Shown one piece after another: positions 50,174-60,064 of a DNA stretch of 64,000 nucleotides. Position 1 is the first letter of the stretch. The number at the start of each line of letters is the position of its first letter. The position numbers and the translations under genes were made by a program. The stretch spans positions 832,001 through 896,000 of the forward strand of contig CAXXMU010000006.1 in assembly GCA_963667785.2 (NCBI GenBank). Direction: 5' to 3'. This stretch comes from Alphaproteobacteria bacterium. GTDB taxonomy: Bacteria; Pseudomonadota; Alphaproteobacteria; UBA828. Under the pieces are notes generated by a model. The model saw nothing but the letters and a program-made list of their open reading frames with translations. It was not told the DNA's origin and ran no database searches.

Positions 50174-50680
50174 ATGGACCCCCAGCAGGCCACGAAGCCC
50201 GGCTTCCGTAGTGACGGGCACGAGCACGAGAGCTGCATCGAGGATGCGCTCGCCCGCGCCGATGCGCTCTGCCGCGGGCGCGGCGTTCGCCTCACGCCGC
50301 TGCGGCGACGGGTGCTGGAGCTGGTCTGGGGCAGTCATCGCGCGGTCAAGGCCTACGACCTGCTCGCGGCGCTCGGCGAGGGGGTCGGCGCGGCAAAGCC
50401 GCCGACGGTCTACCGCGCGCTGGAGTTCCTGATGGGCCAGGGCCTGGTCCATCGCATCGACAGCCTCAACGCCTTCGTCGGCTGTCCCGCGCCCGACCGG
50501 AGCCACAGCGCCCAGTTTCTCATTTGCGGAAGCTGCGGCGAGGTCTCGGAGCTGAACGCGCCCAGTATCGACCGGGCGGTGGCGCGGCAAGCCGCCGATT
50601 CGGGCTTCGCGGTCTCGCGCCAGGTCATCGAGTTGCACGGAAAATGTCCGCGTTGCACAGCGCCGCCGCCGAGCCCGTGA
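50174..50680 (+). CDS. zur: Zinc uptake regulator (Fur family)
   Basis: RLTPLRRRVL, AYDLL, PPTVYRALEFL, HRIDSLNAF and CxxC...CxxC. Lies upstream of znuC/B. Confidence 0.9.
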   Translation: MDPQQATKPGFRSDGHEHESCIEDALARADALCRGRGVRLTPLRRRVLELVWGSHRAVKAYDLLAALGEGVGAAKPPTVYRALEFLMGQGLVHRIDSLNAFVGCPAPDRSHSAQFLICGSCGEVSELNAPSIDRAVARQAADSGFAVSRQVIELHGKCPRCTAPPPSP

Positions 50681-51936
50681 CCCGCCGCGCCGGCGCCGAC
50701 GGCGCGACGCTCGCCTCGGGCGAGGGCCTCGTCGTGCGCTACGGCGGGCGCACGGTGCTGGACCATGTCTCGCTCGAGGTCCGCCGGCGCGAGGTGGTGA
50801 GCCTGATCGGGCCGAACGGCGCCGGCAAGACCACCGCCGTGCGCGCGCTGCTGGGACTCATCAGGCCGGATGCGGGCACCGTCCGTCACGAGCCGGGCCT
50901 GGTGGTGGGCTACGTCCCCCAACGCATTGCGCCGGATACGCTCCTGCCGATCTCCGTGCGGCGCTTCCTGGCGATGGCGGGTCGCAGCACCGCGGCGGAC
51001 GCCGCCGCGACCCTCGACGAGGTGGGTATGGCGGCGGTGATCGACCGCCAGCTCAGCGCCCTGTCCGGCGGCGAGTACAGGCGGGTCTTGCTCGCCCGCG
51101 CCCTGCTGCGCGATCCCGACCTCCTGGTGCTGGACGAGCCGGTCCAGCAGGTAGACTTCCCCGGCCAGCTCGGCTGCTTCATGGTCTGGCGGCGCATGGC
51201 CTACTTCGGAGACTCCGTCGCCCACAGCGCGCTGCTCGGCGTGGTGCTCGGCATCGTCCTCGGCATCGAGCCCAACGCCGGCATCATCATCATGTGCATC
51301 GCCCTCGCCCTGCTGCTCCACCTGCTGCAGCAGCAGCGGCGCCTGGCCACGGATACCCTGCTCGGAATCCTGGCGCACGGGGCGCTGGCCCTCGGACTCG
51401 TCGGCATCAGCTTCCTCGAGGGCGTGCGGGTCGACCTGATGAGCTATCTGTTCGGCGACATCCTCGCCGTCACCGGCCGCGACCTGCTGTGGATCTGGGG
51501 CGGCGGTGGCGCCGTGCTGGTGGCGACGGCGCTGATCTGGCGGCCGCTGCTCGCCATCACGGTCCACGAGGAGCTGGCGCGCGCCGAGGGCGTGCGGGTC
51601 GGCCTCGTGCGCCTTGTCTTCACGCTTCTGATCGCGCTCGCGGTCGCGATCGCCATGAAGATCATCGGCCTGATCCTGATCGTGGCGCTCCTGATCATCC
51701 CGGCGGCGACGGCCCGCAGACTCGCGCGCTCGCCCGAGCAGATGGCGCTGCTCGCGAGCCTGATCGGGGCGGCGGCGGTGGCGGGTGGGCTGCATGCCTC
51801 GCTCGCCTGGGACACGCCGTCCGGCCCCTCGATCGTGGTCGCGGCGCTGGCTCTCTTCACGCTCGGTCTGGGCGGCGCCGCGCTGGCCTCGGCGTGTCTC
51901 GGGCGGGTCGTTGATTCGGCGCGGGCCGAGCCCTAG
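50677..51936 (+). CDS. In-frame ZnuC'-'ZnuB fusion (truncated Zn ABC ATPase joined to truncated permease)
   Basis: GPNGAGKT, LSGGE and LVLDEP...VDFPGQL run directly into the ZnuB motif LGCFMVWRRMAYFGD. The ZnuC H-loop and ZnuB TM1 are missing. Confidence 0.8.
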   Translation: MTRRAGADGATLASGEGLVVRYGGRTVLDHVSLEVRRREVVSLIGPNGAGKTTAVRALLGLIRPDAGTVRHEPGLVVGYVPQRIAPDTLLPISVRRFLAMAGRSTAADAAATLDEVGMAAVIDRQLSALSGGEYRRVLLARALLRDPDLLVLDEPVQQVDFPGQLGCFMVWRRMAYFGDSVAHSALLGVVLGIVLGIEPNAGIIIMCIALALLLHLLQQQRRLATDTLLGILAHGALALGLVGISFLEGVRVDLMSYLFGDILAVTGRDLLWIWGGGGAVLVATALIWRPLLAITVHEELARAEGVRVGLVRLVFTLLIALAVAIAMKIIGLILIVALLIIPAATARRLARSPEQMALLASLIGAAAVAGGLHASLAWDTPSGPSIVVAALALFTLGLGGAALASACLGRVVDSARAEP

Positions 51937-51960
51937 CCTTCACACAATGAGTGGGCAGCG

Positions 51961-52341
51961 ATGACAGCGGGCGACGACCTGGCCGGTCAGGTGATCGAGC
52001 GGTTGCGCTTCGACGACGCGGGCCTCATTCCCGCGATCGCGCAGTCGCACGCGACGCGCGAGGTGCTGATGCTCGCCTGGATGAACGCGGACGCCGTGCG
52101 CGAGACGCTGGCGACCGGCCGCGTCTGCTACTGGTCCCGCTCGCGCCGGAAGCTCTGGCGCAAGGGCGAAAGCTCGGGCCACACGCAGGCGCTGGTCGAG
52201 ATGCGCTTCGACTGCGACAGCGACGCCCTGCTTCTCCTGGTGGACCAGACGGGCCCCGCCTGCCACACCAACCGCCCGGCCTGCTTCTTCCATGCCGTGA
52301 AGGAGGACGGGATCAGGGTGATCGCCGAGCCCGTCTCCTAG
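51961..52341 (+). CDS. hisI: Phosphoribosyl-AMP cyclohydrolase
   Basis: YWSRSR, LWRKGESSGH, DCDSD and GPACHT...CF. Confidence 0.95.
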   Translation: MTAGDDLAGQVIERLRFDDAGLIPAIAQSHATREVLMLAWMNADAVRETLATGRVCYWSRSRRKLWRKGESSGHTQALVEMRFDCDSDALLLLVDQTGPACHTNRPACFFHAVKEDGIRVIAEPVS

Positions 52342-52487
52342 AGCGCGTCCGTTTTACACGGAAACGCTTCAGGTCTTTGTCGCTCACGGCAGCCGGCCTT
52401 CAGCCGGCGCCTCCGCGAGGGCGCCGCGTAAGCGGCGGGCCGCAGTCGCGGCCTGTCGCGTATCCGTCAAGGACGGATACGCTCTAG
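52338..52487. repeat. Intergenic mosaic palindromic repeat, copy 2 (CTAGAGCG...CGCTCTAG, 150 bp)
   Basis: 8-bp terminal inverted repeat, terminal hairpins (GCGTATCCGTC-AAG-GACGGATACGC) and homology to 19857..20035. Confidence 0.88.
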
Positions 52488-52491
52488 CGGG

Positions 52492-53616
52492 TCAGCGCAG
52501 GCGGCCGGGGCCGAGCTCTGCCACCGTGATGCCGCGCGCCGCGGCCTCGTCCGGCAGGGGCGCGCCGGTGACGATCGCAGCCGTGAGCGCGCCGAGCGCC
52601 GGCGCGGTCATGATCCCGGCGCCTCCCTGGCCCGCCAGCCAGAAGAACCCCTCGGCCGCCTCGTCGAAGCCGGCGACCGGCTGCCGGTCCCGGACGAAGC
52701 TCCTGAGGCCCGCCCACTTGTTGCGTATGTGGCGGATGTCGAGGGCGGCAGCCTGCATGATGCGGTCGGCGCCGATGGCTATATCGAGCTCCTCGGGATA
52801 GGCGTCGCAGGGTTCCGACGGCGTCTCGTCGGCGGGCGAGCCCAGAAGCCGGCCGGCATCGGGCTTGACGTAGAAGGCATCGCCGACGTCGTGCAGCATC
52901 GGCCAGTCGTCGGCGCCGTCGGCCGCCGGCGCGTCGAAGATGAACGCCGTCCGGCGCTTCGGCTGGAGGCCCAACGGCGCGACGCCGGCGAGCCGGGCGA
53001 CGACATCGCACCAGGCACCGGCGGCGTTGACCACCACCGGCGCGGCGTAGGTGCCGGCAGCCGTCTCCGCATGCCAGAGGCCGTCCTTGCGCGCGAGTGC
53101 GGTGACCGCCGCCTCGGTCACCAGCCTGCCGCCGCGCGCGCGCAACCCGCGCAGATAGCCCTGATGCAGGGCGTCGACGTCGATCTCGTGGGCCGCCGGC
53201 TCCAGCACCGCGCCGGCGACGTAGTCCTCGCGCAGCGGCACGGCGTGCTCGAGGGTCTCGCCAGGGCCGAGGCGGGCGAGCGTCGGCACGCGCGGGCGGT
53301 TCTCGCCGTAGAGCCGGTCCAGCGCCTCCACCTGATCGGCGCGGCCGACATAGAGCACCGGGCGCGGGCTGAGCAGCGGCGAGGCCGCGAAGCCGGCTGG
53401 GGGCTCCGCGAGGAAGGCGTGGCCGGCGGTAGCGAGTCCCCGGGTCAGCGGGCCGCCGTAGGTCTCCATGTACATGGCGGCCGAGCGCCCGGTCGCGTGG
53501 TAGCCGGCAACCTCCTCCTGCTCGAGGACGGCGACGCGCCCCCGCTCGGCAAGCCAGTAGGCCGCGGAGGCGCCCGCCATGCCGGCCCCGACGACGATCA
53601 CGTCACAGCGCTCCAT
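52492..53616 (-). CDS. FAD-dependent oxidoreductase, DAO family (D-arginine dehydrogenase DauA-like)
   Basis: VGAGMAG, GYHATGRSAA, NAAGAW, WAGLR and GQGGAGIMT. Confidence 0.88.
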   Translation of the reverse strand: MERCDVIVVGAGMAGASAAYWLAERGRVAVLEQEEVAGYHATGRSAAMYMETYGGPLTRGLATAGHAFLAEPPAGFAASPLLSPRPVLYVGRADQVEALDRLYGENRPRVPTLARLGPGETLEHAVPLREDYVAGAVLEPAAHEIDVDALHQGYLRGLRARGGRLVTEAAVTALARKDGLWHAETAAGTYAAPVVVNAAGAWCDVVARLAGVAPLGLQPKRRTAFIFDAPAADGADDWPMLHDVGDAFYVKPDAGRLLGSPADETPSEPCDAYPEELDIAIGADRIMQAAALDIRHIRNKWAGLRSFVRDRQPVAGFDEAAEGFFWLAGQGGAGIMTAPALGALTAAIVTGAPLPDEAAARGITVAELGPGRLR

Positions 53617-53733
53617 CGGCCGCATACTATGCCCTGCGCGGCGTGGCTCAAGCACTGCCGGAATGGCAGGCGCCCCTCGGCAAGGAGCGCCCGGCCCGCT
53701 ACTCTGGCGCCCGCGACAACGCGGGGGCGGAGC

Positions 53734-54549
53734 ATGCGGATTTCCTGCGAGGGGCGACGCGCGGTGGTCACCGCCGGCGGCTCGGGCATCGGGCGCGTCA
53801 TCGCGGAGACGCTGGCGGCCAACGGCGCGCAGGTGTTCACCTGCGACGTCGAGCCGGGCCTGATCGACGAGGTGCGCGAGAGGGGGATCGGCGCCTGCCT
53901 CGTCGATGTCGGCGATCCCGCGGCCGTCGAGCGGCTGTTCGAGGCCGCGGTCGCGGCCATGGGCGGCGTCGACGTCCTCGTCAACAACGCGGGCATCGCC
54001 GGCCCCACCGCGCGGGTGGAGGCGATCGAGCCGGCCGACTGGGACCGCACGATCGCGGTCAACATCTCCGGCCAGTTCTACTGCGCCCGCCGTGCGGTCC
54101 CGCTGATGCGCAGGGCCGGCGGTGGCGCCATCGTCAACATCTCGTCCACCGCCGGCCGGATGGGCTTCCCGCTCAGGCTCCCCTACGCCACCTCCAAGTT
54201 CGCCATCACCGGCCTGACCAAGACGCTGGCGCTGGAGCTCGGCCCCGCCAAGATCAGCGTCAACGCCATCCTGCCGGGCTACATCCTCAACGCCCGGGGC
54301 GAGCGCGTGATTCGCGCCAAGGCCGAGGCCGCCGGCCGCACGGTCGACGAGATGGAGGCGACCATCCTGCGCAACATCGCCATGCGCACCGGCATCACCG
54401 AGCAGGAGATCGCGGACCTCGCGCTCTACCTCTGCTCGCCCTCGGGCCGCCACATTTCGGGTCAGCTTCTCGGCGTCGACGGCGCCTTCGACACTTACAT
54501 GGGCATGGACAATCTCGACGACCCGCCGCCGGACGCGGGCCGCGCGTGA
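53734..54549 (+). CDS. SDR family oxidoreductase
   Basis: TAGGSGIG, NNAG, YATSK and ILPG. Confidence 0.9.
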   Translation: MRISCEGRRAVVTAGGSGIGRVIAETLAANGAQVFTCDVEPGLIDEVRERGIGACLVDVGDPAAVERLFEAAVAAMGGVDVLVNNAGIAGPTARVEAIEPADWDRTIAVNISGQFYCARRAVPLMRRAGGGAIVNISSTAGRMGFPLRLPYATSKFAITGLTKTLALELGPAKISVNAILPGYILNARGERVIRAKAEAAGRTVDEMEATILRNIAMRTGITEQEIADLALYLCSPSGRHISGQLLGVDGAFDTYMGMDNLDDPPPDAGRA

Positions 54550-55289
54550 TCGTCCTCTTCACCGATTTCGGGCCGGGCGGGCCCTACACGGGCCAGATGA
54601 AGGCCGTGCTCGCGCGCGCGGCTCCGGGAGTGCCGGTGGTCGAGCTCGCGGACGACCTGCCCGCCTGCGAGCCCGAGCCCGCCGCTTATCTGCTCGCGGC
54701 GTGCGCGCCCGCCTTCCCGCCCGGCGCGGTCTTCGTCTGCGTGGTCGATCCGGGGGTCGGCAGCGACCGGGCGCCGCTCGCGCTCAGCGCCGGCGGGCGC
54801 TGGTACGTGGGCCCCGACAACGGCCTGCTCGCGATCGCCGCGCGCCGGGCCGACGATGCCGCGTGGCACACCATCACCTGGCGCCCGCCGACGCTCTCTG
54901 CCTCCTTCCACGGCCGCGACCTCTTCGCGCCGGTGGCAGCCCGGCTCGCGCGCGGCGAGGCGGTGCCGGGCACGCCGCTCGACGGCGATGCTGCGGTCGG
55001 CGCCGACTGGCCGGCGGACCGCGCGGCGATCGTCTATGTCGACCCCTACGGCAACGCGATGACGGGCCTGCGGGCGAGCGAGCTTCCCGAGGGAGCGGTG
55101 CTTGCCGCGGGCGGGCGGCGGCTCGGGCGCCTGCGCACGTTCTCCGATGCGGCACCGGGCGCGGCCTTCTGGTACGAGAACGCCAACGGGCTCGCCGAGA
55201 TCGCGGTCAATCGCGGCCGGGCGGACCGCGTGCTGGGGCTCCGGGTGGGGACGCCGGTGCGCATCGAGGCGGGAGGGCGCGCCGGATGA
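54546..55289 (+). CDS. SAM hydroxide adenosyltransferase (DUF62, fluorinase/chlorinase homolog)
   Basis: TDFG, VVDPGVGSDR, GPDNG, SFHGRDLFAP and D.YGN. GTGA overlap with the SDR gene. Confidence 0.88.
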   Translation: MIVLFTDFGPGGPYTGQMKAVLARAAPGVPVVELADDLPACEPEPAAYLLAACAPAFPPGAVFVCVVDPGVGSDRAPLALSAGGRWYVGPDNGLLAIAARRADDAAWHTITWRPPTLSASFHGRDLFAPVAARLARGEAVPGTPLDGDAAVGADWPADRAAIVYVDPYGNAMTGLRASELPEGAVLAAGGRRLGRLRTFSDAAPGAAFWYENANGLAEIAVNRGRADRVLGLRVGTPVRIEAGGRAG

Positions 55290-56020
55290 CGCGCTGGCGG
55301 CCCAACGGCGACCAGATCCGTGCCGGCGCGCTCGCGGGCGCCGACCTCTCGCGCTTCGACCTGCGCGGCTTCAGCTTCCGCCAGGCCGACCTGCGGGAGG
55401 CGAGCTTCGCCGGCAGCATCCTGCGCGAGGTCGACCTCTGGGGCGCCGACCTCGGCGGCGCCGACCTCACCGGGGCGAACCTGCGGCTGGCGACGTTCAA
55501 GGGCGCGACGCTGCGGGGGGCGAGGCTCGCCGGCGCCGATCTCTGGAGCGCCGACCTCAAGGTCGCCGAGCTGGGCGGCGCCGTGCTTGCCGAATGCAAC
55601 CTCGCGCAGGCCGAGCTCGCCGGCGCCAGGTGCCGGGGCGCGGACTTCAGCGGTGCCGAGCTCTACTGCGCCGACCTGCGCCTCGCCGATCTGGAGAACG
55701 CCAATCTCGGCCGCGCCGACGGGCGCCTCGCCAAGCTCGAGGAAGCGGTGCTGATCGGCGCCAATCTGCGCGACGCCAATTTCTCGGGCGCGAGCTTCAA
55801 GCGCGCGAGGCTGGCCACCGCCGATCTCGCCGGGGCAACCCTGCGCGAGGCGAACTTTCGCGAGGCCGACCTCATCCGCGCCGACTTCCGCGGGGCCGAG
55901 GTGGCGGACGCCTTCTTCGGCCAGGCCAACATCGACGGCACCGTGATGCCCGACGGCACCATCGAATCCGCCGCCCTCCGCCACTGGGCGCCGCCGGTCG
56001 AGCCTGACGACGAGACCTAG
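55286..56020 (+). CDS. Pentapeptide repeat protein
   Basis: Long run of A(D/N)Lxx repeats and a C-terminal MPDG. ATGA overlap with the DUF62 gene. Confidence 0.88.
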   Translation: MTRWRPNGDQIRAGALAGADLSRFDLRGFSFRQADLREASFAGSILREVDLWGADLGGADLTGANLRLATFKGATLRGARLAGADLWSADLKVAELGGAVLAECNLAQAELAGARCRGADFSGAELYCADLRLADLENANLGRADGRLAKLEEAVLIGANLRDANFSGASFKRARLATADLAGATLREANFREADLIRADFRGAEVADAFFGQANIDGTVMPDGTIESAALRHWAPPVEPDDET

Positions 56021-56022
56021 GC

Positions 56023-57117
56023 TCAGCCGCCCGCGTCCACGATCGCCACCACCGGGCCGCCGCCCTGCGGCCCCTGGTGCATCGCATCGACGGAGACGAA
56101 CACGGCGGGATCGCCGATCGCCGCCGCGGCGACGCCGCCCACGGCGCCCTTGGAGTGGCGGTGATGGTGGACGTCCGAATCGTCCAGCATGATCTGGCGG
56201 CGGCCGCGCAGGCGGGCGGTGCGGTCCGCCTCGCACTTGATGAAGCAGTTGACGAGGCGGCCGCCGAGGTCTGCGGCGCGGGGGCGCTCCGGCAGGTCGA
56301 GCCCGGCGCTGCGGATGGCGTCGTAGATGCCGTCGATGTCGAGCGCGTCCTGCATCACGCCGTGGCCGATGCGGAAGCGGCCGCCGGCGCCGGGCGCATT
56401 GCCGAAGAGGACGATCTGCCCGCGGTCGAGCTCCACGCCCGACGAGCAGGAGGCAACCGAGGAGTAAAGATCGAGGTTGCGGCAGATCTCGTCCGCCGCC
56501 GGCATGTCGACCTCGCCGAGCGCCACGGCGATGCCGAGCCCGGTGGTGCCGTTGGAGACCCCCATGGAGTCGTGAACCTCGCAGGCCACGCTCTGGCCCC
56601 GGCCGTGGGCCTCCTGCACGGTGTCGATGGTGAGCAGCGGCGTCTTGGTCTGGACGTAGTGGACGTCCGCCGGGTCGGCGATACCGGCATCGGCCATCGC
56701 CGCGCGCACGCCGTCGGCGATCGTCGCGACCATCGCCGGGCGGCCGATGTCCTCGGGCAGGATCGGCGCGCTCATTGCGGTCCCCATGGCGAGGCGGGGC
56801 GCGTCCGCAGGCCCCGTGCTGTCGTCGCGGGCGAAGACGGTGGCGTGCGGCGTGAGCACGCCGTCGCATCCGCCCGACCAGACCATGGGGATCTCGCCGA
56901 CCTCGGCCTCGCTCCGCGTGCCGTGCGCGAGCAGGACGCCGCGGAAGGCGGTGTCCGAGAGGATGCGAGTGAAGTCGTTGACCCCGCCGTTGCCCTCGGT
57001 CTTGCCGATGACGGCGACCACCGAATCCGCCGCCATGCGGCCGGCGACGATCAGCTCCTCCAGGCCCGAGGCGTCGGAGACCGACTTGATCTCCACCTTC
57101 GCGACGTCGATGGCCAT
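56023..57117 (-). CDS. Cyclic amide hydrolase of the AtzD/barbiturase family, barbiturase-like
   Basis: [34 protein letters not shown] and HQGP.GGGPV. Confidence 0.9.
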   Translation of the reverse strand: MAIDVAKVEIKSVSDASGLEELIVAGRMAADSVVAVIGKTEGNGGVNDFTRILSDTAFRGVLLAHGTRSEAEVGEIPMVWSGGCDGVLTPHATVFARDDSTGPADAPRLAMGTAMSAPILPEDIGRPAMVATIADGVRAAMADAGIADPADVHYVQTKTPLLTIDTVQEAHGRGQSVACEVHDSMGVSNGTTGLGIAVALGEVDMPAADEICRNLDLYSSVASCSSGVELDRGQIVLFGNAPGAGGRFRIGHGVMQDALDIDGIYDAIRSAGLDLPERPRAADLGGRLVNCFIKCEADRTARLRGRRQIMLDDSDVHHHRHSKGAVGGVAAAAIGDPAVFVSVDAMHQGPQGGGPVVAIVDAGG

Positions 57118-57158
57118 GTTCCTCTCCCCTCGGGCTGCGGGCGCGCGGCGCGGCGCCG

Positions 57159-58412
57159 TCAGGACCAGGCGGTGCGCCGGCGGGTCTCGGTCTCGGCGAC
57201 GACCCGGCCGCGTTTGATGACGCAGGCGCGGTCCGCCCGCCGCGTCAGCGCCTCCAGCGGATCGCTCGCGTCGATGATCACCAAGTCGGCGACGCAGCCG
57301 GGCTCGGCGCCGTAGTCGGCAAGCCCCATGGTGCGCGCGGCCGCGCCCGTCTGCATGTCGAAGACGGTCTCGATCTCGTGCGGCCGGCTCAGGTGCGCCG
57401 CGTGACTGGCGAGGAAGGTGACTTCCAGCGGATCGCCCCGGCCGAAGGGGTAGAAGGGATCGCGGATGCAGTCCTGGCCGCAGGCGACGTTGACGCCGGC
57501 CGCCAGCAGCTCCTTGACGCGGGTGATGCCGCGCCGCTTAGGCTGCGCGTCGCCGCGCCCCTGCAGCATCAGGTTGGTCGCGGGGTTGACGATCATGTGG
57601 ATGCCGGCGTCGCGCACGAGACCGATCACCCGGTTGGCGTAGTCCTCCTCGTAGCCCGCGAGCGCGCAGGTGTGGCCGGCGGTGACGCGCCCCTGCCAGC
57701 CGTTCGCCATGGTCTGCTCGGCTAGGATCTCGAGGGTCTTCGCGTCGGGATCGTCGGTCTCGTCCACGTGCATGTCGATATCGGCGTCGTGATGCGCTGC
57801 GATCTCGAAGGCGAGCGCGATGTGGCGCGCGCTGTCCTCGGCCGAGTTCTCGTTGAAGGGCATGCCGCCCACCAGATCGGCGCCGGCCTCCATCGCCTTC
57901 CACATCAGCTCGTCGGTGCCCTTGTCCTTGAGGATGCCCTCCTGCGGGAAGGCGACGATCTGCACGTCCGCGATGTCGCGGGTCCGCTCGCGCGCCTCGA
58001 GCACGCCTTCCAGCGGGCGCAGGCCGCCGATGCTGTCCACGTCGACGTGGGAGCGGAAGCGGGTGACGCCGTGGGAGACGGCCGAGCGGATGGTCCGCAC
58101 GGCGCGCGTGGCGATCTCGTCAATCGTGTAATCACGCTTGCGCGCCCAGATGATCTCGATCGCCTCGTCGAGGGTGCCGGAGCGATTGGGCCGGACGTCG
58201 TCGTTGATCTGCGCCTTGTCGAGATGGATGTGGGGCTCCAGGAAGCCTGCCACGCAGAGCCGCCCGCCGGCGTCGATGACGCTCGCGGCCGCGGCGGTGC
58301 CGACGGCGGGTGCTGCGACGAAGCGCCCGTCCCTGACGTAGAGGTCGCGATGCTCCTCCTCGCGCCAGAGATGGGCGCCAGTGATCGCGAGATCGACCCG
58401 GTCGTCCGTCAT
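57159..58412 (-). CDS. Metal-dependent deaminase, cytosine deaminase (CodA)/AtzC-like amidohydrolase
   Basis: HIHLDK, RSHVDV, AFPQEG, HVDE and GQD...DPFYPFG. Confidence 0.88.
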   Translation of the reverse strand: MTDDRVDLAITGAHLWREEEHRDLYVRDGRFVAAPAVGTAAAASVIDAGGRLCVAGFLEPHIHLDKAQINDDVRPNRSGTLDEAIEIIWARKRDYTIDEIATRAVRTIRSAVSHGVTRFRSHVDVDSIGGLRPLEGVLEARERTRDIADVQIVAFPQEGILKDKGTDELMWKAMEAGADLVGGMPFNENSAEDSARHIALAFEIAAHHDADIDMHVDETDDPDAKTLEILAEQTMANGWQGRVTAGHTCALAGYEEDYANRVIGLVRDAGIHMIVNPATNLMLQGRGDAQPKRRGITRVKELLAAGVNVACGQDCIRDPFYPFGRGDPLEVTFLASHAAHLSRPHEIETVFDMQTGAAARTMGLADYGAEPGCVADLVIIDASDPLEALTRRADRACVIKRGRVVAETETRRRTAWS

Positions 58413-58462
58413 TGCCTGTTCCTCCCTCGACCGTCGGCGCCCGCCGGCGACGCCGCGTGCTC

Positions 58463-59914
58463 CTACCCCTCCGCCTCCGCCTTCCGCTCTGCGGCGATGA
58501 TGGCGACAGCGTTGACGCGGGCCACCGTTTCCTCCCGGCCGAGCGCGGCCATGACGGCGAAGATCCCGGGCGAGGCCTCCGCCCCCGTCAACGCCGCCCT
58601 GAGCGGCTGCGCGATCTTCCCCAGCCCGACCCCTTCCCTCTCGGCGAAGGCGCGGACGGCGCCTTCCAGCGCCTCCTCGTCCCAGACGGCAAGCTCGTCC
58701 AGCATGTAGGCGAGTGCGCCCAGGCGCGCCTCTTCCTCCAGGCTGAGGCGATCGAGCAGTCGCCGCGCCTTGGGTGTCATTTCGTCTTGCGGATCGCGGA
58801 ACAGGAACGCGAGGTTGTCGGCGAGTTCCACCAGCGTCTTCGCCCGCGTCTTGGCTTCCGGCAGCAGGGTCACGATGCGCCGGCGCCCCTCGTCCGTGGC
58901 GGCCAGCGGGTACGTCCCGGCGAGCCGGGGCTCGATCGCGGCCAGCAGCGCGGACTCCGCACTCGCCCTGATGTAGTGGCCGTTGAGGCTCTTGAGCTTC
59001 TCCATGTCGAAGCGGGCCGCGCCCCGGCCCACCGCATCGAGGTCGAACCAGGCGATGGCCTGATCGGTGTCGATGATCTCGTCGTCGCCGTGACTCCAGC
59101 CGAGCCTGAGGAGCGCGTTGCGCATCGCCTCGGGAAGAATGCCGAGCTCGTCGTAGGCGCCGATGGCGACGGCCCCGTGCCGCTTGGAGAGCTTGGCGCC
59201 GTCGGCACCGTGGATCAGCGGAATGTGGGCATAGAGCGGCGGCTGCCAGTCCAGCGCAAGGAAGAGCTGGGTCTGGCGAAAGGCGTTGGTGAGGTGGTCG
59301 TCCCCCCGGATCGCGTGGGTAATCCCCATGTCGTGGTCGTCGACGACGACCGAGAGCATGTAGGTCGGCGTGCCGTCGGCGCGCAGCAGCACCATGTCGT
59401 CGAGCGCACCGTTGCCGATCCTGACCGGACCCTGCACCAGGTCGTCGATCACGGTCTCGCCTTCCTGCGGTGCGCGGAAGCGGATGACGGGATCGATGCC
59501 GGGCGGCGCCTCGGCCGGATCGCGCTCGCGCCAGCGCCCGTCGTAGAGCGCTGTGCGGCCGGCGGCGCGGGCGTCTGCGCGCATGGCCTCCAGCTCTTCC
59601 GGCGTGCAGTAGCAGCGATAGGCCCTGCCGGCGGCGAGCAGGCTGCGCGCGACCGCGACATGACGCTCGCGGCGCTCGGACTGGCGCACGATCTCACCGT
59701 CCCACTCGAGGCCGAGCCAGGAGAGCCCGTCCGTGATCGCGGCGAGCGCCTCGGGCGTCGAGCGCTTGCGGTCGGTATCCTCCAGCCGCAGCCGGAAGCT
59801 GCCGCCGTGGTGGCGCGCGTAGAGCCAGTTGAAGAGGGCGGTCCGCGCGCCGCCCAGGTGGAGCATGCCGGTCGGCGACGGCGCGAAGCGGGTGACGACG
59901 CCCATTTCGCCCAT
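58463..59914 (-). CDS. gltX: Glutamate--tRNA ligase
   Basis: [18 protein letters not shown] and KLSKR. Confidence 0.95.
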   Translation of the reverse strand: MGEMGVVTRFAPSPTGMLHLGGARTALFNWLYARHHGGSFRLRLEDTDRKRSTPEALAAITDGLSWLGLEWDGEIVRQSERRERHVAVARSLLAAGRAYRCYCTPEELEAMRADARAAGRTALYDGRWRERDPAEAPPGIDPVIRFRAPQEGETVIDDLVQGPVRIGNGALDDMVLLRADGTPTYMLSVVVDDHDMGITHAIRGDDHLTNAFRQTQLFLALDWQPPLYAHIPLIHGADGAKLSKRHGAVAIGAYDELGILPEAMRNALLRLGWSHGDDEIIDTDQAIAWFDLDAVGRGAARFDMEKLKSLNGHYIRASAESALLAAIEPRLAGTYPLAATDEGRRRIVTLLPEAKTRAKTLVELADNLAFLFRDPQDEMTPKARRLLDRLSLEEEARLGALAYMLDELAVWDEEALEGAVRAFAEREGVGLGKIAQPLRAALTGAEASPGIFAVMAALGREETVARVNAVAIIAAERKAEAEG

Positions 59915-60064
59915 GAGTCGGTCTCGCTCCCGGTAGACTGCGCTGGTGTTGGCCGCGGGCCGGAACCATCGTGCGTTTAGCATATCGCCCGGCGGCAGGC
60001 GACCGGGGCAGCCCGCCGCCGGGCGGGCTGCCGGCGCGCGCCGGCGGCGACGGAAGGGTGCGCG

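Noticed and set aside
54546-55289. Fluorinase/chlorinase (halogenase)
   Set aside because: It retains the DUF62 hydrolase Asp-Arg-His residues, and there is no biosynthetic context.
55286-56020. CRISPR-like or tandem DNA repeat
   Set aside because: The 15-nt periodicity is explained by pentapeptide-repeat coding. There are no spacers and no cas genes.
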